Positions 1-12,399 of a stretch of DNA of 64,000 nt are shown here, in pieces. The stretch is from Vicugna vicugna (Eukaryota). The stretch spans positions 1,220,963-1,284,962 of the forward strand of contig MU058781.1 of the NCBI GenBank assembly GCA_013265495.1, read 5' to 3'. Numbering within the stretch: the first letter of the stretch is position 1; every line of letters begins with the position of its first letter. A program made the position numbers and the translations under genes. The notes beneath the pieces were generated by a model. The model was not told where the DNA came from. It saw only the letters and a list, made by a program, of their open reading frames with translations, and did not search any database.

Positions 1-109
1 CTTTTGAATGGAATAAAAGGAAATCAATATTTTGAAAAGGAAGCCCACGTAGGGGGCTCTACACATGAGGCGTTATTTATTTCCATTTAACCGATCCCAA
101 AATAATCTG

Positions 110-125
110 CACACACACACACACA
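110..125. repeat. (CA)8 microsatellite
   Basis: Direct reading of the CA tract. Confidence 0.9.
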
Positions 126-379
126 AAGACTGGTTTAGTGAGACACACATACCCAGATGGCACTCAACGCAGTGCTTAAGGTGGTTATGAGATTCCCGGG
201 CAAAAAGGTGTTGGTCCTCTGGGCTGTTTTTAATAGGGCATTATTTTGTTTCGGGTCTCTTTAAATACATCTTACTTGATCTCACCCCAGTTTCTACAAC
301 CAAGCAGATTCCCACAGCCGCAATATTGCTGTAAGCTTCTTGACTGGGTCCCCTCTTGTCCAGTTTCCACAGCAGGATA

Positions 380-855
380 CAGGCACGTATCTCGTTTTAT
401 TGCTCTGTTCTACTCTGCTTCGCACATAGAGCTTTTTTTTTTTTTTTAACACGTTGAAACTTTATGGCAACCCTGCATCCACCAAGTCTACCGGCGCCAC
501 TTTTCCAACAGCATCGGCTCACGCCACGTCTCTATGTCAGACTTTGGTAGTTCTCACAATATTTAAAGATTTTTATTATTGTTGTATTAGTTTTGGTGAC
601 CTGTGATCGGTGATCTTTGATGTTCCTATTGCAAAAAGATGAAGGCTTGGACGGTGCTTGGCATTTGTTCAGCAGGAACATTTTTAGTGTAAGTGCATTT
701 TTTAGACATAGTGCCCTTGCACACTTCCTAGTGTAAATATAGCTTTTTTATATGCACTGGGAAAGCAAGACATTCATGTGGCTCGTTTCACTGTAATGTT
801 TGCTCTATTGTGGTGGGTCTGGAACCGGACCTGTAATATCTCCAAGGTCTGCCTG
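380..855 (+). mobile_element. Tigger1-derived internally deleted DNA transposon (Tigger1a-like, Tc1/mariner)
   Basis: Starts TA|CAGGCAC..CTCGTTTTATTGC and ends ATATCTCCAAGGTCTGCCTG, matching the two Tigger1 termini as I recall them; 5' and 3' ends are joined near 630 with no transposase between. Confidence 0.85.
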
Positions 856-929
856 TGCTTCTAATGTTGACAAACCCACACTCCTCCCCTTCTTACCCTT
901 TTAATTAAAAGGTTATATATAAATGAGGT

Positions 930-1068
930 GGGGGAGGGTATAGCTCAAGTGGTAAGGTACGTGCCTAGTATGTACCAGGTCCTGGGTTCAATCCTCAGTA
1001 CTTCCATTAAAAAAGTAATTAAATAAACCTAATTACCTACCCCCCTCCAAAAAAATAAAACAAAAATA
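930..1068 (+). mobile_element. tRNA-Ala-derived SINE (camelid vic-1-like)
   Basis: GGGGAGGGTATAGCTCAAGTGG (A box), GGGTTCAATCC (B box), shared AAACCTAATTACC tail, A-rich end. Confidence 0.85.
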
Positions 1069-2812
1069 CATGAGAACAGTGCTTTAAAAAAAGGTTATAG
1101 GCAACTGAGAAGCAGATTGCCAAGAGGACCACACTAAGAGAGTCAGCCACGCCCACGACATGACCTCTGCTCCCAGTCAGTGAATTTCGCGTGTCGTTTC
1201 TACCCCCTCACTCTCCACCTTCCTGTTATTGTAAAGCTTTGCACAAAATAGAAAACTGCTTCCTTCTGGCAACTTTTCAGATTCTTCCGTATGTCATGCA
1301 TTTTGGAAGCACCTGAAATGCTAGTCTCCGAGCAAGTCTCCAAGGAGAGGGCAACTTTCCCCAAACTAGGCATTTTACTTTTCTGAAACGGTATAAAGTG
1401 TGAAGAATCTCGCCTGTGTCTCCCTCTAGAACCTGGGAGGAATTGTAATTTTGAAAACCAAGCCATTCTCTAAGTTGCTTGGAGCTGCAAGGTCAACGCT
1501 TGGGAGCACTCGTGTGTGCTGCAACACGCGCTTCTGCACCATCGTCTCGTAATTACCTCTCCTGTGGAAGGCTAGCCGGACATCTGCCCACAGGCACTGT
1601 CATACCAACATGGTGAACTTTCTGCATCATAGCTGCACTTTTAGAACAGTAACTATCCAAAAGAAAAGGATCTACATTCATTACTATAGTTATATTAATT
1701 GTACCACTCAATGATTTTTTTTTTTTGCATTTTACATTAATCATGTTAGGTAATAGAATGATGCTTATTTGAAAAAAGAAAAAGTCACTTTGTTAATCCA
1801 ATGTCTTAATGGTAAGGAGCATCTGAGTTAATTTAATTTAGAAAAGCAAAGGCAATACTTGGGTCATCGGGTCAATTTAAGAAAAATGTGGTTTAAGAAA
1901 AATATGTGGGTCATTTCCCATTGCATTCTTAGTTTTCAATATCCTGACTCAGTATCAGGCCATGTTAGCCAATCATTCCATTTGGTCTCAAAGCCTGCTG
2001 CATCCTTTCCTTACAAGACCCAAGAAATAAAAGTTACGTCCATTTGTTTTCACTATTTCCAACCTCATTCTCGCCCAGGCAGTCTTTTAAAAGCTTGGGC
2101 TTTCTTGAGAATAGGTAACTTTAGGACAAATTAAATGTGAAACATTTGGAAAATTGACTTATTGATATCTAAGAATAGCAAATTAATTTTCAAGAAGAAA
2201 TGATGCTTACTGAGACTGACCCAAAACTGGCTAGAAAGCTAACGTAAAGGAATGTTCTGGGTAGATTCCACTTTCAAACCGTTTCTATTTCAGTAAGGGT
2301 TTTATTCAAATTTGCAAAGGACAAAGCCAATTATAAACATTTGCATGGTTAATACTTATAAGGACTTTTTTCTTTAATCTAAGAGCATCAGCAATGAAAA
2401 CACAGAGGTAAAATTAATTCCCCCGTCCTTACCCTGCCCAAAAAAAGTAAGTTTAACTGAATGCTGCACATATGAGAATATATGTTTTCAGAGCTTGGGT
2501 GTGTTTTCTGTTTTGAATGCATGAATATAAAATTCATTCTATAAAATGACTCACAAGTGGGACCCTACGTATCGTCCTCAACTATTTAGAATATATTGTA
2601 TTAACTATCACAAATAAACCTGCTCGGATGTAAACTGGGCCACTTGATGTTCTGTCGGCTTTCTTGCTCCGCTGAAGAGCCTTGCTGACTTCTATCTTAA
2701 TATATATATAAAATATATATTTCTTTATGATCTGCAAATTATTTCTAAAGAAGGAGATTCATTCCTCTTTTCACACTTTTCAGCCATACGTGTTGCTGTC
2801 TACAGAGTAGAG

Positions 2813-3034
2813 CAGGAATCAGCAGACTTTTTCAATAAGGGTCGGAGAGGAAATATTTCAGGATTTTGGGACCACGGGGTGACTGTTGGAACTACTCACT
2901 CTGCCTTTGTAATGCAAAAGTAGCCATAGACAGCACCTAAGTGAACGAGCACAGCTGTGGTCCAGCTAAACTTTATTCATAAAACTCGGCAACCACCCAG
3001 ATTTGGTCCATGGAACATAGTTTGTTGACGCCTC
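2813..3034. mobile_element. MER58A-like hAT-Charlie MITE
   Basis: Degenerate TIRs CAGGAATCAGCA / TTTGTTGACGCCTC and typical internal ACTACTCACTCTGCC..GCCATAGAC..AAACTTTATT. Confidence 0.75.
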
Positions 3035-3862
3035 TCAAGGAAAACGTGTCTTAAAAGCATTTGCTTTACACCCAGGGCTATTATAATTATTTGCAACACT
3101 CACTAAAACTGTCAGTAAGAACAGAATTACATTGCTTAACCACTTGTGATGAAGTCACATCAAGTCAGATTCTTCAAGCACCTAAATGACTCCCCAGACA
3201 AATGCCTTTATTTGTAAACACCACATACATCAATCCAATATGTGATGCTTACATGGACTGTTGACCTTACTTAACTAAAACCCAATTTTTACATTAAAAT
3301 ATTGGAGACCGAGTATCAAGAAGGAAAAATCTGACATAATGACACATTTTTTTAGAGCAACCACTCCTGTTATCTCTCTGTTGCTGCAATTATCCAAGGA
3401 AAGCCACACCCGGGCCTTTAAAGAATGAAAATGATGTCTTGAGTGACATGCCCGCCTACTCGAAGTATTTAAAGAACTAAACAAGGTCAAAGGCTTTCGT
3501 CTAGGATGGCACAGGCATATGGGAGGTCTGGGTCAGTCTTCCATACCATGTGGGTTAGCCCCCTTCAACACTTGCAAAGGAAACTAAGGAACAGAGGTCA
3601 CAGTTTATCTAAAAATGAAATGCATTGTTGGAAATCAACCCCAATTGGGCATTCTCAAGTTGGAAAGGACCTCAGAGATTATGTAGAGTGGGGAAGGCTC
3701 TTAACTTTGGACCTAGGATGGAGCTTCAGTTGGTTTCCAAAAATTGCCTACAATTAAAAGCAACATTCGGGTGCTTAATATCTGAGTGTCAAAATACCTA
3801 TTTAATGTTTTCTTTTGTGAAAGTCTGTTACATCCATCTATTCCAAAGAAGCTGTTATCCCT

Positions 3863-4301
3863 TATGGTGGGTTGAATTGCAGTCCTCAAAAAGACATATC
3901 CGAGACCTAACCCTGTGAATGTGACCTTCTTTGGAAACAAGGTCTTTGCAGGTGCATTAAGTCAAGGATCTCAATATAAGAGCATCCTGAATTTAGGGTG
4001 GCCCCTAAATCAAATGACTGGTGTCCTTACATGAGAAAGGAAAGGAGATCTGGGACACAGGGAAAAAGACCTCATGAAGACAGAGGCAGAGACCAGAAGT
4101 ATGTGACCCCAAGTCAAGGAAAACCAGAGCCTCCAGAAGCTGGAAGACACAAGGATTCTCCCCCAGAGCCTCAAGAGGGAGCATGGCTTACCCTATTGAT
4201 TGCAGAATTCTGGCCTCCAGGACTATGAAGGAATATGTTTTTGTTGTTTTAGGTCCCCTAGTTTGTGATCATTTGTCATAGCAGCACTGGGAAATGAACA
4301 C
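3863..4301 (+). mobile_element. MaLR solo LTR (MLT1C-like)
   Basis: GGTGGGTTGAATTG start, GTGAATGTGACCTT..GGAAA..GGTCTTTGCAG, TTCTGGCCTCCAG, TTTGTCATAGCAGC end. Confidence 0.8.
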
Positions 4302-4539
4302 GCTCCACAGAAAGTTGAGACCCAAAGTCACACCAGAAGCACAGCAAGGGTCACAGCAGTGTCTGAAGGTAACTGAGCAGCTCAGGGACAAGACAGTGGC
4401 CTAAGATATCAGGTCTGTTTTCTCCAAGTCAAGTACTCAGCCCTCTGCTATCAGTAAATCACGTGCACACTCCTGGGCCAGACTGTGCGGAAGAGTCATT
4501 CTGTGCTTAAATTATTTCTATAGCTCTTAAATGGTCCCA

Positions 4540-4945
4540 TAGCTTAACTTAAATACTTCCATTGACAGGGCTCTCACTACCTTACAAGACAGTCTATTCC
4601 ACTTTAAAGTAACTCTGATTATTAGAAAGCTCTTCTTTATATGGAGTTGAAATTCACCTACTTGTAGTTTTTCCCCGTTAGTTACCCACTAACCCTCTAG
4701 TTTACTCATTACTTATTTATTTTTGGGGGTGGGGGGGAGAGGAAGACCATTAGGTCTATTTGTTTATTATTAGTGGCTTTTTTTTCAATGGAGGTACTAA
4801 GGATTGAAGCCAGTACCCCGTGCATGCTAAGCACGTGCTCTACCACATAAGCTATACCCTCCCCCTAGTTTACTCCTTAGTTCTAGTTAACTTCTCGGGG
4901 CAAGTAGAGCCAGCCTGTTTCTTCCTTTCTATGACAGTTTTCCAC
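4540..4945 (-). mobile_element. L3/CR1 LINE remnant, interrupted by a SINE
   Basis: ACTTCCATTGACAGGG..CTCACTACC..ATTAGAAAGCTCTTCTTTATA resembles the CR1/L3 3' region; similarity continues after the SINE. Confidence 0.55.
4708..4865 (-). mobile_element. tRNA-Ala-derived SINE (vic-1-like)
   Basis: Reverse-complement tRNA head ending GCTATACCCTCCCCC; exact TSD TAGTTTACTC at 4698-4707 and 4866-4875. Confidence 0.9.
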
Positions 4946-4950
4946 TGCTG

Positions 4951-5251
4951 CAGGGGTTAGCCCACCATTTCTGTAAAGGTCCAGAGAGTAGTGATCTTAG
5001 GGTTTTCAGGCCATACTATGTCTGCCAACTCTGCCGTGGCGGCCAGAGCAAGGGCAGACAACATGTGAGTAAGTCGGGTGACTGTGCTCCTATAGAACTT
5101 CACTATGACACTGACATTTGAATTTCATATCATCTTCTTTTGATTTTTTTTCAATGATTTCAAAAGAGGAAGACCATTTTTCACTCACAGACCATACAAA
5201 AACAGACAGTTAACCAGATCCAGCCCCCAGACTAGCCTTTGCCAACCCCTG
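4951..5251. mobile_element. MER58B-like hAT-Charlie MITE
   Basis: TIRs CAGGGGTTAGC (4951) and GCCAACCCCTG (ends 5251); internal GACACTGACATTTGAATTTCATAT. Confidence 0.8.
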
Positions 5252-5552
5252 AACTATTCCACAGTGGATTTCATGCTTCCCCTTACCTGAGGTTTGCCCT
5301 GCTCCAAATGCCACATTCTTGGTAATATCGACTTCTTGTAAAACATGGTAATACCTTTTCATTATTCCAGCCTAAAATTTCTTCCTTTTGGTTTGTTTTT
5401 GTCTTTTTCGGTGCATGCAGCCATTGATCACATGCATTGAATTATCTGCCTGACAGTATTCTAATCTTAAAGATTCATTATCTCTTTTGACCCTCAAGCC
5501 AGTCCTTAAAAGGAAGGTGTTATTAATTTATTTCTTACCTTGTTCCAGAAGC

Positions 5553-5700
5553 TAATATTATCCCTGTTTTATAAATGAGGCAACTAAGAGTCACAGAAGA
5601 CAAGTGGCTTGTCCCAGATCACGTGGTTAGAAAATGGCAAGAAGAAGGCTCTGAAGAGGCATCTTCTAGCTCCTCTCCCAGATCGCTTCGAACCACACCA
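5553..5700 (-). mobile_element. MIR SINE remnant
   Basis: ATTATCCCTGTTTTATAAATGAGGCAACTAAG..CTTGTCCCAGATCAC, reverse of the MIR core. Confidence 0.7.
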
Positions 5701-7239
5701 TGTCCTCTGCAGCTAGAGGTCTTGTAACCCTGTAGAAAGCGAATGAGGCTGATCCAACATGACTCACGGTTGGGGAGCCCATAAGGCTTCTAGAGATCAT
5801 CACTTCTCTTTCTGTACTTTTGAACCATCTTTCCAGTAGACAGATCCAGCATCACATCCAGAATTCGAATCGAGGCCATTCGTTTGGAGGTTGCAGAATC
5901 ATCCTCTTGCCTCTTCTGAGAGCTCTCAAAAATCTCAAAGAAAGGGAAATCCAAGCTAAATCAAGCCTTAGAGGAAAAAAAGAAGGACGCTGGTGGAAGG
6001 CGAGGTGGGATTAACAAAGCAGCTTGTCTGCAATGTGCCAAGTCCTGTGTAATCAAACTAGCCACTGACTGGTTTCCAACGGTGAAGTCGCCACTGATTT
6101 AGCCGGGGAAAAGCGAGTCTGTTCAGTCAGCATACTCAGTGCTGTTCCCCCGGCTCAAATCCAGACACAGAAACTGACTTCACCTATATTCCGAAAGGAA
6201 GACAAAACACCCAGAAGGGGGAGTGGGGAAGCACCAGCCTCCAGTAGTTCTGAAGGTGGGGCTTGTTCTCACCTGCTGGCATCATCTTGGTACAATCTAA
6301 GCTTTGGAGAGCGGATCTTTTTCCCTTACGTAACTGAGAAACTGTCTTTGGAAGCAATCACAAGGGGGCTGTTTCAGAACTGTTTTGCAAACCGCACCTT
6401 GGAAAGAATAAGAGCACATCCTCCTCTTCACAAAGCGACCGCGAGTTCTGAGGGACTCATATAAAAATCAGTACTGCTGCTTCACAGTCTTTGAAACATC
6501 TTATCAAGAGTTCTTTCCATCACCTTTTTAAGCGGATTTCAGTTCTAACTGAAAATTTTAAGGTGAGCTAGTGTCTTGGTGACCGCGTGAGTTTTGAAAC
6601 ATTACCTTAGCCCTTTGCTGTTGGAATATTGTCTTAACACTGTTGGCACGTCCTTTCAGGGTTAAAGTGCTACCTTTCAATGTAGGGTTCAAGTACAAAT
6701 CACAAATGCTCCTGGGTTTACTACAGCCCACCAGTAACTCTGCTTTTCCTAAAATGTGCATAAAATGCTTTGTGATTTAGGGATGGCTGCCTTCATGGTG
6801 TCCGTGTGCTGACAAGAACAGCCTCTCTCTAAGGGGACTGCTTGAGAAGCATTAGTTCCTGTCTGCTGGCCTGGTCCAGGCGATTGCCAGTCCACTGTCT
6901 GCAGTCCATGCACCAGAGCCTGGTGGCAGACTGGTCCCAGCTCTGTTTCATAAACACCAACTCTGACACCTCCGTCCCGTACTTGCCATAAACGCCAGCA
7001 AATAATGTTCTGGCTCCCAGCTATCATGGCTTGGTTTCTAATAGCACAGCCCAGTCAACACAGCTGGGGACAAAAAAGTTTTAAAAAATATGATAGCCTT
7101 AACTTACTTACTCTTTATGGAAAGAATCGATTTGCCCTTGTATATAAGGTTTTATCAGAATACGAAATGCTGCAAAGTTTAAATGCCATGGGAAGGGCCT
7201 ACATACTCTGAATCTCTGATGTCAGTCTTATGAAGACAC

Positions 7240-7450
7240 TGTCCCTTCTATTCTAATACACATTACATTGTATCATGATCAACTCTCTACCTAACTTGTG
7301 TTACTCGTTACCGACCTCCCGCAGCTAGAGTAAAAGCACCCGGAGGGCAGAAATTCTTTTCATTTCCTTCACTGGTGCACGCTAAGCACCCGGAACAATG
7401 TCTGGCACATAATCGGCACTTCGTATGTATGTCTTTAATGAATGGATGAA
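7240..7450 (+). mobile_element. L2 LINE 3' end followed by (GGAT)n
   Basis: GAGGGCAGAAA..GAACAATGTCTGGCACATAA..AATGAATG terminal L2 motif. Confidence 0.7.
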
Positions 7451-7589
7451 AGGATGGATGGATGGAAGTATGGACAGATGGATAAAATGATATTCTTTAC
7501 TAGATTGTGAACATCTGGTAGCAAACTCTAAAAGTAATACATGCCCACTGCTAAGTAAAGTTCAAACAAACAACCTGTAAAAAAAAAAA

Positions 7590-7895
7590 ATTATGACACT
7601 ATTTAGGAGGATTTGAACACTGAATATTTTATGTGAATAAATTATTGCTTATTTGTTGAGGAATGGAATGCATTCTAGTTATGGCTTACATGTTGAAATA
7701 CTTAAAAATATAATGATGGCTAGGATTTGTTTCAAAATACTCTGGGGCAGAGGGAGGGCAGTGAGTGGAGATATATGTGAAACAAGATTGGCCGCGAGGT
7801 GATCGATATTTTGGGGTGATGGATATTGGAAGAATATTATATGACTGTATTTATATTTGCATATGTTGGATTTTTTTTGTAGTAAAAAGTTAAAT
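7590..7895 (+). mobile_element. Old L1 (L1MC/ME-type) 3' UTR
   Basis: GGATTTGTTTCAAAATA..GAAACAAGATTGGCC..GGGTGATGG..AAAAAGTTAAA. Confidence 0.65.
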
Positions 7896-8157
7896 ATTCA
7901 ATATTCATAAAAAATCGACAAACAGTTAAAAGTAAGACTCCCTCCCGTCTCTGAACTCTAAGCTATTTTCACTTTAAGGAAAAGCAAAAACTGCTCAGCA
8001 CCTGAAGGACAGCAAGCTCTATTCTAGCTACTAGAGGTAGGGCTGTCAGGGAGTGCCGGTGTGCTGGTGGGAGAAACGGACGGCAAATAACTCTGCAAAG
8101 AAAGAAAGACACGAGGCAGCTTCAGAGAGCGGCAGGTGCTTTAAGAAAACAAAACCA

Positions 8158-8305
8158 GGAAGGGAGGGTATGTAGCTCAAGCTGTAGAGCGTGTGCTCAG
8201 CATGCGTGAGGTCCTGGGTTCAAACCTCCACTTAAAAAATAATAGCTAATTAAATAAACCTAATTATCTACCCCCACCAGAACAACAACAACAACAAAAA
8301 GAAAG
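8158..8305 (+). mobile_element. tRNA-Ala-derived SINE (vic-1-like)
   Basis: GGGAGGGTATGTAGCTCAAG..GAGGTCCTGGGTTCAAA, AAACCTAATTA tail, (CAA)n end. Confidence 0.85.
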
Positions 8306-8334
8306 ACAACGAAGCCAGTTATCCTCCCCAAAAG

Positions 8335-8950
8335 CGATCCGCGTTCCCGGAGGCGCTTACCGCACGCGTACACACACGTGTGCGTCCGTGGACGCATCAG
8401 CGTCGTTAACCCGTATTACAGACACCCTTTCTCCTCAGGAGCAGCCATGCTGCCTGTACTTTGCTTCTCTCCCTGAACAAGACACCCCAAAGGCCGGTCT
8501 GTGTCCAGTCTGGGACCTCTTGAGAGCAAGCACCTCCCGGAGTTCCCTTTGCTTCCCCGCACACGCGTGGCTTAGCGCCAGGCACCCGTCAGACCCTCAG
8601 CTAGTGTTTAATGAATCGAAGACTTAATCAAAAGCGGCTGAACACTGGCCTCACCTCCGTCTCGTCGTCTCTGCACCTCTGTCTCTCGTCCTCCCAAGGG
8701 GGCGTGGAAGGCAGGTCTGCGGAGCTGCGTGGAGCCCGGCGCATGGAGGGCCTTCGACAAATGCTTCCCAGAGGAACTTGGGACGGGATGAGAATCACGG
8801 CAAGGCGAAGCCTGTCAGGCCACCTCCTCAGTCACGCCAGCCGGGCGCCTGGGGGCCCCGCTGCGGAGGAAGTGAGGCCGCGTCCCCAGCAGGCGCTCCC
8901 TGACGCGGGGACGTAGAAAAGCTGTGTTTACCGTGCGTGCTGCATGGCCG
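8335..8950. promoter_or_regulatory. Orphan CpG-island-like patch
   Basis: About 50 CpGs in ~620 bp by hand count, against CpG-poor flanks; ETS AGGAAGTG 8867-8874, TGACG 8901, forkhead TGTTTAC 8925-8931. Confidence 0.5.
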
Positions 8951-9924
8951 GGGCTGGGTTTGATTTGGGGGGTGGGATTTTTTTTGTTTGTTTCTCTGAC
9001 CAGCTCGAGCTGCTTTAAATACTAGAACCTTTCAATAATAGATTTGCTCCAGGAATCATCTTTAATCCTCACCAGACCACCTAGGGCTGTTCCATGAAAT
9101 CACTGGGAGGTCGATTTTACATCACTATGTCTTTCCCCCAAGGCTTGGATCTTGTGGCATCCAACGTGCCGTGTTAATTTTGAAGACTGTGTTTTTAGCA
9201 GTCTTACTGATTCTGCTGTTATTTCGCTGGATGGCATTAACGGCAGAAAAGTTACATGAGTGAAGTGGCCACAGATAATGTGAGTATTGAACTTTGCTTC
9301 ATTTTAAATGGCTTGAGACAGCCTGCAGGTATTTAAATATGTCCTTTAAAAAAAAAACTGAGTTCTTGAATGAATACCAAAAGGAAAAAAGAAAAGAAAA
9401 TAGAGTGCAAAGGAAAAGCAAGCCACTGTAAATGGGAATTTATTTACACAGCTCCTAGCGTCACTCATGGTTGAGTTAATGCCCTACCTGTGTACACAGA
9501 ACTGAGGAATGTGAAGATATTCTTACCACTAATGCATCAAGGTCAATACACTGTGCTTCCACGGCAGGTTATGGTATTTGAAAGACATAAAGATCAGTCC
9601 AAACAGTAGACCTAGAGCCCCCATCTTCAGCCCAAGATCCTGCTGAATTCTCCCTTTACAAAGCCACTGAGAGGACTCATTTGAAGTAACAGTAGGGTTT
9701 AGGTTGGAAGGGAGCTCAGACCTTGCCATGAATGCTGTGCGTGTTGAGTGAGCTGTGTATGTTGGAGGGTGTGTGAGTATAAAGAAGAAAAGAGGGTGGA
9801 GAATGTATACAAGTGTGAGATTGGGTGGGAAGATACCAAGTAAGTGTTCTCTTAAGCTTACCACCAAAATCACCTAAGAAACCGGGACTGGCCGAAGTGC
9901 TTGAGGTCCACACAGGCGGCACAC

Positions 9925-10278
9925 CATTGTCTGTAACAAAACACAGACTGGGTACTTAAACAACAGACGTTTGTCTTCTCCGTTCTTGAGGCTGGAAGTT
10001 AGAGACTAGGGTCAGTTCTGGAGAGAGCCCTCTTCCTGGCTTGTAGACGGCCATGTTCTCCCTGTGTCCCCCAGTGACCTTTGTGTCTGGGTTGGGGAGG
10101 GAGGGAATTTTGTCTCTTCTTTCAAGGGCACTAATCCCATCATGGGGACCCTACTCTCATGACCTCATCTAAATCTAACCGCCTCCCAAAGGTCCCCACC
10201 TTCAAACACCATCACACTGGGAGTCAGGGCTGCAACCTCTGGATTTTGGGAAGTTACAAACATTCAGTCCACAGCCAC
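9925..10278 (-). mobile_element. MaLR solo LTR (MLT1A-like)
   Basis: TTAAACAACAGA..GAGGCTGGAAGT..CTTCCTGGCTTGTAGACGGCC..CTAATCCCATCATG..ATTCAGTCCA. Confidence 0.8.
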
Positions 10279-10379
10279 ACCTAAAGCCATTTTAGCACTT
10301 TATAACTGTATTTCATTTGATTATTATGAAAAAATATATATTTAAAGAAGCACTTTGATTCATGCTTGCTTTAAGATGA

Positions 10380-11105
10380 TCGTTCATTTGACATTCAAGA
10401 AGTACTCATCATCATTTACTCTGTGCCAGGTGCCACAGTGGCCTCGGGAGATACAGAAGGAATCAAAATAGCTGTGATCTGCTGTCCTCGTGGGGCTCAC
10501 AGTTTAATGAGAGAAGGCGAAAGACAATGAACAAGTAAGCCAACAAATAAATAAACAAGCAAGTAAAAATAAATCAGTCGCCACTTGGAATTCTGCTTTG
10601 AAGGACAAAGACAGGGTTCAGTCCTAGAGAAAAGGGTGGAGGAGTCCAGGGGTCGACTTTAGATGAGGTGCTTAAGGAAGGCATCGTTGAGGGGGTAACA
10701 TTTAAGCTGATACTTGAAAGGCGAGGAAGAGGGTCCCAGCAGATGGAAGGGCAGAGGTGAAGCCCTCCAGGCAGAAGAGTTTGGCCTGTTGTGGGAACCC
10801 AACGAGGCCCTTGTGTCTGGAACACAGCAAGTGAGGGGGCAAATTACACAGTGTGAGGTTGGGAGGTTGGCCGGACAAGACTTCATGGAGCTTTGCAAGC
10901 CAAGGTAAGGCATTATTTCATTCCAAGGATGATGGAAGCCATCCTCGAGCTCTAAGCCAGGAGAGAGGTGGTTTGCTTTGTGTGGTTTGTACGCTTTTAG
11001 TTCCTGTGAAGCAGTTACTAGACAGAGATAAAGAAGGCAGGCGGAGACAGACACAAGGGTCATGAGTGATGGGGGGAAAAGCGCTGTGGATATTTTGAGT
11101 CCACA
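10380..11105 (-). mobile_element. L2 LINE fragment
   Basis: CATTCA..ACTCTGTGCCAGGTGC..GGGGCTCACAGT start, then purine-rich antisense L2 body. Confidence 0.7.
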
Positions 11106-11194
11106 TGGGTTCCTGCAGCCGTAGTGTTCTTAGAAAACTCTTTGTAGACCTAGTGGTGCTTAAAAAACATTTTTTCAGGTGATGAAGGGACTAC

Positions 11195-11560
11195 ACATTC
11201 GGCAACCATTTGTTGGACATCTACTTAGATGGGTCGCGTGGCCACAGTACAAGGATGAGTAAGACAAAAACCCTGCCCACCAAGAGCTCTCCGGCTGGTC
11301 AAGGACACTGAGAAGGACACAAAAGATGTTAAGGGAACCTATTAAGAGCTGTGAGGGGGTCACCCTGCAGAAGTAGGAGGGCATAAGAGGTTGAGCCCCG
11401 CTGGGGAGGCCAGATAGCAGGGAGTCTGGTTCAGAAAAGAGATGGCTGAGCAGACATCTTGATAAACTAGGAGGATGTGCCCCAGGGGGAGAGGCAGTGC
11501 AGGCTGCGGAGACGTGTGAGCAGGGTCTGTGCGGGTCTCCATGCTGGTGAGGGTGGCGGA
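11195..11560 (-). mobile_element. L2 LINE fragment
   Basis: CATTCGGCAACCATTTGTTGGACATCTAC..AAGACAAAAACCCTGCCC..GAGCT. Confidence 0.55.
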
Positions 11561-11595
11561 CAGTGACGGTGAAGGATCTATGTGTCAATAAGAAG

Positions 11596-11800
11596 AGGGA
11601 TTTGCAGAAACACACTACTATACATAAAATAGATGAACAACACAGTCCTTCCTCTAGCACAGCAAACTATATTCAATATCTTGTAATAGCCTATAATGAA
11701 GAAGAATATGAAAAGGAATAAACGTACAACTGAATCACTACGCTGTACGCCGGAAATGAACACAACATTGTCAATTAATTATACTTCAATTAAAAAGAGA
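11596..11800 (+). mobile_element. 5'-truncated artiodactyl-type L1 3' end
   Basis: ACTACTATACATAAAATAGAT..TAGCACAG..AACTATATTCAATATCTTGTAATA..ACAACATTG..TATACTTCAATTAAAA. Confidence 0.8.
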
Positions 11801-12399
11801 GAGAGAGAGAGGAAGAAGACTCAGGCGGATGTCTTTAGAAAGAAGCGTGAAGAACAATTTGCAGAGACTAAAGACAGAGGTGAAGTCTGATGCAATGGCC
11901 CAGGCAACAACAGATAAATCAGAGGCAAGATTATGAGAGTCATAAAGGTAAGACTGCAGGACAGCCTTCTGTCGTGTTCCCTAGACCACCAGGTACAACA
12001 CTGAACACACGGTATTTAAAAAATTACGGTTAAACTGTATCAATCACATATAACTGCATATGCTAATACACAAACTGCCCAGTTCTGGATTTAGCATAAG
12101 ATAATATACCCCCCCAGAGAAGCAAAGAGCTAGGTGCCATTCTTGCATATTTATAAGACCCAAACAGGTTAATGTATATTCTTGACATCACAGATTTATT
12201 TCTATGTTAATTCACTTTCAGAAAGCATGTATAACCATAATATACATGGTGAGAAAGTAATTTTATTCATATGTTTGGACATAAAAAATATCATTACGCA
12301 GCCTAATAATCCCAGTTGACAGTCAGAATCATTTTTTTAAAAAAACAGATATATTAAGAAAGAATTCAAGAAAAGCAGCAACCGAGCTCTGATCTGGCC

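Noticed and set aside
11175..11660. 161-aa minus-strand ORF
   Set aside because: Spans an L1 3' end and an L2 remnant; no coherent protein similarity.
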